DNA of 64,000 bases, taken from contig ML978126.1 in the NCBI GenBank assembly GCA_010015805.1, positions 1,426,001 through 1,490,000 of the forward strand. Direction: 5' to 3'. The DNA is from Rhizodiscina lignyota. Its lineage: Eukaryota. Each line of letters starts with the position of its first letter. Position 1 is the first letter of the stretch. Under the pieces are notes generated by a model. It was not told the origin of the DNA. It saw only the letters and a program-made list of their open reading frames with translations, and ran no database searches. The position numbers and the translations under genes were made by a program. Positions 47,871 to 59,218 of the stretch are shown in pieces.

Positions 47871-48325
47871 CAAGAATGCTGTGTTCAGAGCAGCTGGCCA
47901 ATCTCCTGTGGGGACTTTCCTCCGAGTGCCCTTTACGTCAATATTACTGTTTTCGTCCAATTTCGAGCGCTTCGGAGGTTATCAGTTCCTCTTGTTCTGT
48001 ATCTCATCTTTCTCGCTTCTGACTCTTGGTTGACTCTGAAGGGACTTGAGGACTGCACCGCTGAAAGCGCCAAGTTCAAAGGTATCTTTCAACTGCGCTT
48101 GAGGATATCCTTGAATATGTAAAAGTTATGAAGCGCGACCTGTACTACGAGTAGATCCTTGCAGTAAGTAAGTGAGACCATGATTTTCTGGCAACGGGTG
48201 AGCTCACCGCAAAGTACGTGAGGCAAATCGGATCAACTTCATACTCACTCCTCGTTTCGCCGCGTCCCACCTCCCACAAGCTTCGCGAAGTCCTCTCATT
48301 TCACTCTTTCAAACACCTCATGAAA

Positions 48326-48810
48326 GCTGCTTCTGGTAAAGTGAAATTCTCAAGGTCGAGGTCGGTCGCTTGGGTGTGAAAGCCCTTTCGTGGAGGCTGC
48401 TTCTGGAACGTGAAATTCTTTACTGAGGAGATCATTCGGTGAAGTGTTAAGGCTTTTTGCGGAAGGTTATTCTTGCGAAGTGAAATATTCCGGGTTGAGG
48501 TTGATCGCGTGAGCATAGAAACCTTTCTATGAGGGCTGTTTCTAGTGAAATGAAGTTTCTCATGCCTGAGGACGGTTGTTGTGTTGCAAAGTCTTTTTAC
48601 AGAAATCTGCTCTTGCGAAGTCACACTTATAACAGTCGCTATTCAGTGCCGGGGTCCCTTTGTAAGCCGGTTGTTCGTTGAGTGAAGCCCTCAACATTAA
48701 GTGCGCTCTATTAGATTGCGACAGTCATTTGAAAGAGATTGTTGCTTCCGAAGTGAAATACTTGAGGCTGACGTTGCCCGATTAAGCGTCATCTGTACGC
48801 GCTAGTGAAA
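48326..48810. repeat. Degenerate ~70-bp minisatellite, ~7 units
   Basis: GCTGCTTCTGG..GTGAAATTCT-like cores at ~48326, 48396, 48466, 48535, 48606, 48670, 48741. Confidence 0.75.
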
Positions 48811-49105
48811 CAGCTATCAGCCAACAATGGGCGACCAACGCCCACATAGGATAAAAAATCTGCCAAAAATAATAATAAAACAATAGACAGTCTCAGTTTC
48901 AGTTTTGCGCTTACTAGTATCGCGTGAAAGTCTGGTGCTATCCTGCCCTGAGCGCGGGCCTAAGCGTGAACTCTATAATCTCTGCCAATTCAGACTATCT
49001 TGTCAAAATAATACTCCAAGTCAAAAAAGAAAAGCCATCCCCCCAAAAATTGGAGGGAGAAAGGACAAACTCTTTGCATATGGGAAAAGAAAAATAAAAT
49101 GGCAA

Positions 49106-49345
49106 AAGACTGCGCCACCTCCAGCTAACTTCGAGGTTAGAGGAGAGGCGCAGGAAAACTTAGCTTTACCCAAGTTTAGTTTAATTTAAAGACTACACCA
49201 CCTCCAATCTAAACCTGTAATGTGCAATACAGGTAGAGAGGAAGGTGCAGGAAACCCCAGTATTACATGGCATTTGCTTTGGTATTTAGTTTTTCAAGAC
49301 TACACCGCCCCATGAGGGGTGCAGGAAAACCAGCATTACCTAGTC
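49106..49345. repeat. Array of three related hairpins with variable-length apices
   Basis: AAGA-CT(G/A)C(G/A)CC...GG(C/T)GCAG-GAAA units at 49110-49153, 49193-49250, 49300-49324. Confidence 0.8.
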
Positions 49346-49425
49346 TTACTTTAGTATTTATTATTACCTAAATATTGTTGTTAGTATATCGAGGACCTGA
49401 CTGAGGGTTCCGGCCTAAATATTAG

Positions 49426-49557
49426 AAAATTGAGGATTCTACGAGGGTCGAACCTAGGGCCCTCTGGTTAGCGGAAGTCATGTGGCAAGGAGTGTACTAA
49501 CCTGGTTTGGAAGGGGAAAGCCGGTGTTAAAAGGTGCCTATGGTGAGCCACGGGCCC
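49426..49557 (-). other. Degenerate tRNA-like sequence (pseudo-tRNA or SINE head)
   Basis: GGGCCCG-TGGCTCA (A-box-like) ... AACCAGAGGGCCCTAGGTTCGACCC (B-box/T-loop) ... TTTT; acceptor and D stems do not pair well. Confidence 0.35.
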
Positions 49558-50899
49558 GGCATTATTGACTGGAGTAAAATGAAAAATAATGATATAGTCA
49601 TAATTCTAAGACCACATTTTGCTAAGGGGCGAAGTCCTTATTTCCTGAGTATGGACATTATGAAAGCCTAGTCGACACACGGACACACGGACTCACGGAG
49701 TATGCACCCCTTTCATAAATAACCAGACGCAAAGCACCCACCGAGATACTCAAGCGCATCCTCTCGTACTATTGGGTAGTAGGGTTACCCTTCTTTCATC
49801 ATTGATGGTTTCCATTCATCAATGTTCGGAAAAGGTGAAGCAGTACGAAGTAGAGCAACGATATTTAATTTGATTCAATTAATCAAGAGAAGTCTTGCAC
49901 CTCAATAGAGAAGACTTTCATATTGAGGCCGAACAAAGGCTGATAGACAATGCGAACTACCCAACTCTTTCGCAGCAGATCTCTTGTACGGACACATGCT
50001 GGGATTTCGAGGCTAAGGTTTCCAGCAGAGCCAATCGATCTCAACTCATGATGCTTGCTTCAATAATCGGCGCCATGTCCGCATTTTTGCATTGAAATAC
50101 AAATGTCCTCATACGAGGGACGCAGTGAGAGGTCGTCTCCTTCACTCCTGCGTTGCTGAAAAGAGCGGCGATCTCCGTCGCTCCAGTCTCCACTTTAAAT
50201 TCTCCTTTGCCCCATTCAATGCATAACAGAGAACTTCTAAATATACATGGCTCCTTAGTTCACACCCTGCTATTGTTTTGCAATATTTGTATACTCAACG
50301 CATATCGACTGTATCCGCCATGAGCGATGTTTGTTAGCATTACCCTGCCCTGCCTGCTACCTCGGCGGCGGCCGCAGTTCGGCAGATCTTCGGTACGTTG
50401 CTGAGTCAGCGAACCTGCGGATTCAGCGTAGAATTGTGGAATTGTGGAACACCTGGGAATCAGTTGTACAACCTCAACCTCATAGCAACGAGACAATGCG
50501 GGCCATTATCTTCGCGTCCTCGTCGATCCACTTTCCACGTGAAGCTGTCGAACAGCAAGAAGCAACTCACTTGTTACTTTTGAGATAGATCAAAGTTTTG
50601 CAGTCGTGGCAATACTTGCGATTTTGGCCACTATCAAACCGGCACTGTGCCTAATCCACCCCAATCTTACGGTGCACCCCAGTCAAGTATCAACTATCGA
50701 TGCGGAACTTGCATCAGATGAGGCATCTCATGTGAGGACAAAGCGCGCTAGTTTTAATTACGAAAGCACTAACAGAGATAATAGAGTTCCGGGAAGATTA
50801 TGCGAAGCCGTGTTGAATGCCGCATCGTGCTCTAGATCAGACATATCATTTCAAAAAAGCTGGCAATAACTAACGAGACATACTTCAGTACCCGTTTTG

Positions 50900-51990
50900 C
50901 ATTCCCGTCCTCAGATAGGTGCCGCAGAAGGACAAGTCCTTCAATACCGTAAAGCAGTGTCTGCCCCACTGCAAAAGGGATCTTGCGACAAAAGCTTTGA
51001 AACCCAACCAAGTCGCCATACTGTGTACCTGCTTGCTTGAGATGCAAATCCGAGAGTCATACTGCGAGATATGTGGGCGCGATCCTGCGACAACCCAAAG
51101 GAAATTGTGGACAAACCCGAGCTGCCTCACTGGTGCACTGAGAAGTACAGAAACATACTGGAAAAGAGCTTGACAGTGACAGAAAGATACCTGCTTGCCT
51201 GCACAGCTAAAAAATCATTTGGCGAAGCATAATGGGAAGCGAAGTATCGTGTTTCTGGATGAATTTGAAAAGACTACGGACGAAGTCACAGAGACACTGC
51301 TCAAGGCTCTTGATGAAGGTGATACATCCAGGAGATCCAAATTGTAGTGTTCTCTGCCGCGCAATGTAGGCACTCTCCAGATCGCCAATACAGGACAAAT
51401 TTGGATCGTCATGAGACAAGCCGGTTGCTCGGTACGAGCGCTTTTGACTCGCATATCAACCGGTTCCATAAGGACCATCTGACTGCACAGATGTTTCGAA
51501 AGGAGAGAACGGCATCGCTGGATCGGCTGACGAGGAAATAGAAAGAGATGCTAGGCATAACATTCACTGTAAGCTGGGAGTTCCACTCTTTACTCAGTAG
51601 ATCTAACGCATTCAGAGCGCACTTGCCTGTCGTATATCAGCCCTTATTCCGTTCGTGCCATTTAACCCAATCGAAGCGGCTGTTTTCGTAAACAAACAAA
51701 GACAAAACTTTGTGGACGATCTGCGAGAACCCATAGATGTTGCAAACGGGAATACAGAAACCACATCTATCTCAATTTTGAGTCCGACGAGAAGCTTTGC
51801 AGACATATCGCAGAGGAAGATTATTACAAGAACGAAGGCGTTGGATCGGTAGAGACAGCTTTCCGGAATATGGTGGTTGAGCCTTTCAACAAGCAGTCCT
51901 TGTTAACGGAAGGTGGTGAGGATGAGATGAACAACGGGCCTGCGGGGCGTTCGGTCAGTTCACGGTGCAGTTAAATGAGGCAGAGGTCGA
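50900..51990 (+). pseudogene. ClpA/B-like AAA+ ATPase relic
   Basis: LKNHLAKHNGKRSIVFLDEFEKTTDEVTETLLKALDEG (~51207-51320), later SALACRISALIPFVPFNPIEAAV after a GT-AG intron; stops and frameshifts; no intact Walker A found. Ends uncertain. Confidence 0.7.
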
Positions 51991-52238
51991 AGTCTTCGAA
52001 GATGACCAGATGTCTGCTTCGACATGATCATTTAGAAGAGACTTGCATTCGGAGGGTGACGTTAGATGTTGAAGGTTGATCGGCGATTACAGAAGAGCGG
52101 ATGTTCTTTAGAAAAGATGCGGATAGCATTGGTAGTATTGATGAGTAGTTTCTTCTTCGACCTCTCTTCTTCCGTCCTATCATGACTGTCCCATTATCCA
52201 TATTACTGTCGCACTGCCACCGTCATAGCGCCCATACA

Positions 52239-52730
52239 TTACCGACACATGGACTTTCCCTTCTCAACTAGCGTACAATCAAAATAGCTTCTAATCTCAT
52301 AGAACTGGTACTTTTCATCTGTTTCCGCTGCATCTGCCTTCTTTGCAGTGTACACGAAATACGTTGGTACACCGATAACACCCTTGCCATTGGGAAGATG
52401 ACAGTTCGTCACCACCTCCATGTGAAACACGTGGACATCAGAGGCCTCATCGGAAACGACTGTAATAGATCTGACCTCTCGGGTAAGATGGTCGAAGTCG
52501 CCCCATAGATAGAGATAGTCATCGAAGACAGCCTTGGCGCCATTGACAAGCTCGCTGTTCGCGCCGTAGTTGACAGCTTGAGAGTTGTAGAAGCGGGTGG
52601 GCGTTTTGGACAGAGCCTGGAGGTCGGCGTCAAACGTAGCAGCGTAGTGTAGATACCATTTCAATGGTGCGTAATCAACCGGAGCGGTTACATCGATTGG
52701 TGCTTGAAGGGCGAGTGTGGTAAGAGGCAT
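52239..52730 (-). CDS. SnoaL/NTF2-like fold protein
   Basis: 163-aa ATG ORF: WY..Y..TFD, RFY..AV, GAKAV..Y..LWG, beta-rich C-half, QFYEIRSYFD; TATA-like sequence upstream. Confidence 0.65.
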   Translation of the reverse strand: MPLTTLALQAPIDVTAPVDYAPLKWYLHYAATFDADLQALSKTPTRFYNSQAVNYGANSELVNGAKAVFDDYLYLWGDFDHLTREVRSITVVSDEASDVHVFHMEVVTNCHLPNGKGVIGVPTYFVYTAKKADAAETDEKYQFYEIRSYFDCTLVEKGKSMCR

Positions 52731-53655
52731 AATGGATGGTTGGTTGATAGTGTCTGATTTATAGCAGCTCTCAGAGGATAATTAAAAAGAGAAGAGAAGC
52801 GTGCCACCTACTTTAGAAGCGAAGTCATTCCATTCATATATACCGTTGTCGAAATAGAAGATCGATTCTAGCATGCCACACGCGAACTTAGTCAGCCTTT
52901 ACCTACATGTATCGGCCGGGAAAAGGAATGGAAAGCGCAACGGCGTTCCTCAACAACACACGCAAATCCCGATTGCGGATTAGCGGACGAGGTAGATATT
53001 CATCAGTAAGTCGATTCTAGCGAACCGCGAAGCAGAATCGGCGCCCAAACTGCGTGGAGTGGGCGTGTCAACCATTTCGCGCATACGATGTCCCAATTAT
53101 CGGCCGAAGCGAATTGAGAGATCCATACACACAACGCTCAATTCCCAAACTATTGATGCGAGATCATTAATAAGCCACATTGTGCTGTGCTGTGCCGTTT
53201 CCTTGTGCGCAATTCGCGTACTTCTAAAGAAGGCATGTGTGGCGATTGGAGGAAGAACTCGTCAGGGGACGCGGAGGTAGAAAGATGCATCGATAGATCT
53301 CGTTTGGAAATCAGAACGAGTAGCCAAATCCGTGGAATAAGCTCCTTGAAAATATAAGGTGCAATCATCAAGCTTCTGAGGTAGTCTATTCTTGTTTGGT
53401 CGGGATGTGAGCATGTAAGACAAGCTAAGTGACATTCAGGCAGCAGAATTTCTTCTTCGGTAGAGTAAATACTCGGCATTTTTCTGAGCCGCTTCCGAAG
53501 ATTTTCCCGCATTCCCATCTACTCTATTGCTGCCAGAAAGGAACGTTGAGAACATCGACTAGAGTGAGGCGACAACATTCCAACGCATGACTCCTTTGCT
53601 CTCACCACACTGCGCCAGCTCGAATTATCGGATTCAAATCATAATGTCATTCAAC

Positions 53656-56133
53656 CTATCCAAAGCTGCTTTCTCTGGCGTACTGCCCCAAAACCAGAAT
53701 ATCCTCAGTTCCAGCAACCTTCTTCCTCATAAGCTTCAAAATATTAACATCCTGATGCCACATCCTGGATGACCTTATCTTGTGCGGTTTCTGTGCTATA
53801 TCACAAATGAGATGCTCCTCTGGGTCAGCAAACCGGTCGTCCCGGATATCTCTGAAGAGCAGATACTCCGTTTCCTCGTTTGCGACTTTCAAAACCATGA
53901 ATCCCGCCGCTACAAGAGTTGAATGGTTGATAGGCTCGTCGATGCTCAAGCCGGAGCTCGAAGAACATTTGCTGAAAATGGTCTTGTATGGACCCCGGAA
54001 GGCGATGGGATTCTTCATCTCGTTGTGAAGCAGGTAAAGGAGAATGGTTTGCGGATTAATCCCAGAAACATTAGCAAGCTGCTTCACACCTTGACAGAGA
54101 ATTTGTCCTCTGACAAAATCGTGCCATGGCCAGCTCTCATGGTATCGGCTTTTGGCACCAACCAAGAAAGCACCAGCAAGCAGCCATGCGAAGGTGACCC
54201 ACTGGAACGGATCCACGCCCTTCATGCGCTCCTGGACGAGGAACGGCACTAAGAGTGAACCGAAGATGACAAGAAAAGCTATTATGAGGGCACTAATTGA
54301 ATACATCCGACAGTGCACCATGATTGAGTCTTCGGAGATGACCCAGCGGTTTATTTCCGGAATGCATCGTTCCAAGTCGCTGGCAACACTTGAAGCTTGA
54401 TTTTTGACTCCAGTGTTACTTGCACGAGGATCCTCGGCTTCCATTGGGATATAATGAGTATTTTGTTCTGGATCGTGGATTAGCTGCTTGCGATTCGTGC
54501 TATACGCACACAGTAATACCTTCGGGACTCCTCCACAACGGAATCCTGGAAGTTGAAATGATATCGGATTCAACAAATGGCAGTTCCACTTGTCGTTTCC
54601 TCTTGAGCGAGGCTTGTGTGTTCAATCGAAACTCGGTCGTGATATCATCGTCAGGATGAAACTCGAACTTCTCAATTAATTCTTCTTCATCGCGAACGTC
54701 CGACCGGAGTAAAGTTGAGAGATGAAGGAGCCAGTGACGCTCAGTTCTGAGCCCAAGCGGAACGAGAACAGATATCAGATCATCAAGCCGATCTGTTTGG
54801 ACTTTCGAAGGTATGCCCGCCTGGCTCCAGCTCATGATAACTGCATCGGATTCTGTGACTCCAGATTTTGGTCTCTTCCCCAGTGTTTCACGAATCCGTT
54901 CGGCGTTCGCGATCGCCAGTTGCAGCGCGATATAACTGTGAACGATCGACGATGAATTTGAAGATACGAGCACGTTGACATGACGAGTTACGAAAAGCTC
55001 GCGCAGAGTTCCGCCAACGCCGCCTTTGTAGATGAGAGTGCGAACTTCGAAACGAGATGACGATCTCGAGCCAGCCTGTTGTACAATCATATTATCAGTG
55101 ACGCCAACAATAATCATCTCCAGGATTTTGCGCAGTTGAAGTTTAGATGCGTAATATCCGAAAGCCAAATTAAGATCGTCGCTCGAAAACTCGATTTTCT
55201 TCGCTTCGTTAGAGCTTCTTTCCAGAAGGTGAATGATGATGCTCTCATCGTCATCTTTATTGGCATTCCATAACTGCCGAATGATCTCGACTCCCCGCTC
55301 CAAACAGCGATCGGCGCAGTGAACAGGGTCCAGGGCAATGATTTTGAGTTTTACTGCCCATCGCGCAAGAATGGCTATTATTTGTGCCTCCCAGTTCTTA
55401 TTTTGCGCGACTCGCATGAGCCACCAAACGGTGGAGCCGAAGATGAAATCCACCATCGCATGATAAACTCGGGTGTTCTTGTCAGTATCTTTCAAGAGTT
55501 TCGGACGACGACCGGTGATGAAACGTGGTTCCTTTCCATAGCGCTCCAGAACTGCTCTTCGGGAAGGTCTGAAAAACTTTTCGTAGAATTCGGCGTTCGG
55601 ACAATGTTCCAAGGCTACGGAAGCGTTGTCGTGCAGAATGATATGTAGGCTGCATTGGATCTGGTCTATCACGGAGGTCAAATCGGCGAATCCATGAGCA
55701 TTTGTCTTGTCAAAGATTCCATTGCTGTCAAAGGGATCCGGTCTTTCGGACTCTGCATATCGACAGTATTTATCTATCTCTTTCCGGACGAGATTGTCTT
55801 CTTCATCTTCGCTCAGGCCATATGGCTTCAAATCATCGAACTTGGGCAGGTTCTCGAATACGCATGGGTTGGTCCTTGATTCCCATGACCTGTGGTCTTT
55901 GGTTGCCTGAAAGACTCGGTTGGGATCCGGGCGATACGCTTGTTGATGTGAACGACGTCTGGAGTGGGTACCTGTACCCTTTTCATCATTACTGCACGTC
56001 TTGTCAGTTCAGGGTATTTATTGTAGCAGCTCACAGGCATTTACCTCAGAGATGGGCTTGAACCGCAATCTCTCACGCTAATGGGGAGAACAGAGCGGCG
56101 TTGAAACAGCTTTGGCGGGTGAAGCGACGCCAT
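53656..56133 (-). CDS. Large protein of unknown function with C-terminal two-TM membrane domain
   Basis: Three exons (introns ~56044-55992 and ~54519-54469) join the ORFs in frame. TM1 YSISALIIAFLVIFGSLLVPFLV, GVDPF, TM2 WVTFAWLLAGAFLVGAKS, then WPWHDFVRGQILC, FRGPY, GLSIDEP. Confidence 0.8.
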
Positions 56134-56937
56134 GGCCAGAAGTGATACTTTTTAGTTGCGGTATTCTCTTTCGCATTATGGGACGAACTGAAATGATGTA
56201 CTTGGAAAGGACATGGATCTAGGCTACAAAAATCCTTTTTGTTCTCCAAACCTCAGCTCAAAGAGGCGGCGAGGCTGAGAACGTCTCAACTTCGAAAGCC
56301 ACAGCGATGTATGTAACGCTGAGCGGAGGCCGCACGCCCAAAGAGATAAATACGAGTCATACCCAACTCCCATTCATGCTACAGCTCAGCCCAAAAAGGT
56401 GCGCAAGCGTCGAGGGTTTCTTACATCTGGGATTTCGAGCCTTGTCAAAAAGATGCGTGATTTAGCCAGGAACCAATGCGACATGATTATAACACAGCCA
56501 CTAACATGCGGGGTACGACCAGTGCGGAAGAGATGCGCAGCACAGCCACAGGGATGCCAGGGTCAAGCCAATGGGAAACAAACTATGGCCTTCTGTCCAG
56601 GCAGCCCTTCACCGGCTGTTGTACTCGGTTCTGCAAGGCTGGAAGCTGATACTTCAGGAATATGCAAGCGCTGCAGCCTGCATTTATTACTAGCGACTCA
56701 GCCTTAACCGATATCTATCAGGCATAACTGAATCCTACCGTTTTTCCAAGTCGCGACCTCCGCTGCGTCAACAATGATACGAAAAACCAAGGAGTGAGCG
56801 CTTGAAACATAACATTTGTATAGTCATCTGTCTGAACACTGCTGAACGGGGTTGAACGGGTACTATATTGCTTCATTTTTACATTTGAAAGTATCATTTT
56901 ATTGCTTGCCGGCCTTCACTGCAAATCCGAAGCGACC

Positions 56938-59218
56938 ATGACGGTCGAAGAATACCGAAGTTTCAAGTCGCATTTAAACTCACCAGAAGAAGACACTGTT
57001 GGTATGGGTCTCCATGAGCATCCAAAGCAATTACTAACTATATTAGCGATAATACCCAAATGGATCGCTATCACGGAGCGCCAGCGGTCCAGAGGCAACC
57101 CACCGGATATTACAGAGTCCTTCAGCTCTTATACCGGGTATGATAAGGACAAATTCTTCTCGAACTATGCCATGGTCCATCGCAAATGTCTTAAACGAAA
57201 GGGGGACCACGAAAAGACCGATGTCGAGATCCAATGCCGGACGATTCAGGCCGTCGTTCGAAAAATCATTGGAATTTATTCGTATCCAGGCATCTTGGCC
57301 GATCCGATTGTGTTCTCTGAGCCTTGTTATCCGCTGTTCCAGTTCAGAGACGAACTAAGCGAGTATGCCGAGTCGAAATCTAACCCTCTGCACGAAAGAC
57401 AGCATCTCGCTCCGTTGATGGATTTCATGAAGAATTCCGAGAGCTTCAAAGAGCTGCAAGACGTTCAAGAGCAGCAGGTGTCAAAGGGACTGATTTCGTT
57501 CAAGCACACTCGACTGCTCTTTCGACCTGGCGACATCATAATTGGCTATGACAGAGACGTGAGGCAGTGCTGGTTGGTGCAATACACTGCGAGCATCGAC
57601 GACAAAGACAAGGAAAAGGATGAATCTTCAGACGAAAGCTCTGACGACGATGAGAAAAAAGCCAAGAAGTCTAAGAAACATATTGAGATATATGCGCTGA
57701 ATTGGGACTTTGATGGCGAGAAGTTTGGACCCTGTTATGCGAGGCTGAAGTTGCGCTCGTTTTCAGGTCTCAGGGCGATTCGAAAATTGAAATATTTTCC
57801 CGTCAAATACCTCCCGGATAATGAAAAGGAGGACGTAATTAGCGAGTTAATTGCTCGAGGTCGAAGGTGGTGTGAGCTCGTGGGTGTCAGTCACTGGAAT
57901 TACAAAGGTACAAGTTCAGAACCATATTCCGGTCTCTGGTATTCTAATCTTGTTTAGGAATTGCAAAAATGGTCAAACAAAGAGATTACTCACACCGGAT
58001 AGACATGGTGCAGGCACATGTAAGTTATATGTGAAACGTTTGATGCTATCGCTGATGACGCAAGGCGACTGGGGAAGTAGTTTTGGACCCCAAAATGTTC
58101 ATGGAGGTATATCCCAGGTTCAAAATCGAGCTTGAAGAATTCTTTCCGGATGGTGATAACGACCTCGATACCCAGGAGAACGGAATAATACATTGCGAGA
58201 AATCTAACCCATGTCCGTCCTCTCACAGAGAGTTTGTCTCTGGAAAGATTAGAAATTGGATTGAACCCGAAGACAAATTCGTAGCGGATGAATTGCAAGC
58301 GCTGCTCTCCCCGGGAGTCACTCCAGGTTGGAGCTTATCGAGTAAGTTCTGGGGTTACTTCCGAGTTGATAGTGCCAACCTCCAAGCGATTGAATGGAAA
58401 GACGATCCGACTCAGGATCTTCATATCGATCCGAAGCACCGGCGATTAATACGGGCCCTGATCAAACAGCACAACTCTGAGCAAGAGCCAATGAAGGATG
58501 TCGTTGCTGGCAAGGGCAGTGGGCTAATCATCCTTCTCAACGGGACCCCGGGATGCGGAAAAACTCTGACTGCAGGTAAGCAAAGAAGATAATTGTGACA
58601 TGGTAAATACTTACCGACTCAATAGAACTGTTTGCAAAACAAGAGAGACGCCCACTCTATTCAGTCTCAGCTAATGACTTGGGGGACTGGCCCTATCAAT
58701 TCGAATCGAAATTGCAGAGGATCTTCAAAGCCGCACAGTTATGGAAAGCCATCCTGCTTATCGACGAGGCAGATATGTTCCTCGGAAAAAGATCATCTTC
58801 CAGCGACTACAGTAGCCGCGTACTGACATCCCTGTTTCTTCGGCGGTTGGAATACTTTCAGGGTATCATGTTTCTCACCACCAACCGATTCATCGACTTT
58901 GATGAGGCTTTTGCGTCAAGAGTACAGTTGATTTTGCAATATCCCGCTCTCGGTCCAGATCACAGGGCGAAGATCTGGGAAGAGCACGTGAAGAACGCGC
59001 GAATATCTCCGGATTGGAATCTGGCGGAGAAATGCCGAGAATTTGGACAGCGGTATGAACTAAATGGACGAGATATCAGGAATCTGGCGCAAGTCTCTAT
59101 CAACATATGTCAGCAAGAGGGTCAACCGCTATCAGAAGACATGATCGAAGAGATTTTCGAACTCAGATATCGCCGCAAAGGCGACATACGCAGATTCATG
59201 AATCCCGCCAAAGCTTAA
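56938..59218 (+). CDS. Single-ring AAA+ ATPase (fungal DUF7025-type family)
   Basis: GLISFKHTRLLFRPGD, WDFDGEKFG, LIARGRRW, WSLSSKFWGYFRVD, DVVAGKGSGLIILLNGTPGCGKTLTA (Walker A), ILLIDEAD (Walker B), LEYFQGIMFLTTNR, DEAFASR, LNGRDIRN. Confidence 0.93.

Larger units (their letters stand above)
46575..48299 (-). pseudogene. Decayed gene with 20-aa Pro/Thr repeats and a degenerate C-terminal C2H2-like finger
   Basis: Protein-like frame broken by stops (DDDG*RS, HVR*WDL, DQH*IL); ends WRCGICGACDYKKKSLDERIKKTGH. 5' end uncertain. Confidence 0.5.
48914..49727 (-). mobile_element. Possible non-autonomous Helitron-like element
   Basis: Minus strand begins TC-TGGTTATTTATGAAAGG then a (GTCCGTGT)-type microsatellite; ends GCCC..GGGC hairpin then CTAG|T. 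The 5' flank is G rather than A and the hairpin-to-end spacing is long. Confidence 0.3.

Noticed and set aside
48326..49345. CRISPR array
   Set aside because: Fungal DNA, degenerate repeats, linkers resemble each other, no cas genes.
54469..54576. Frameshift between overlapping ORFs 54500..55831 and 53656..54576
   Set aside because: Explained by a canonical intron with CTAAT branch site.
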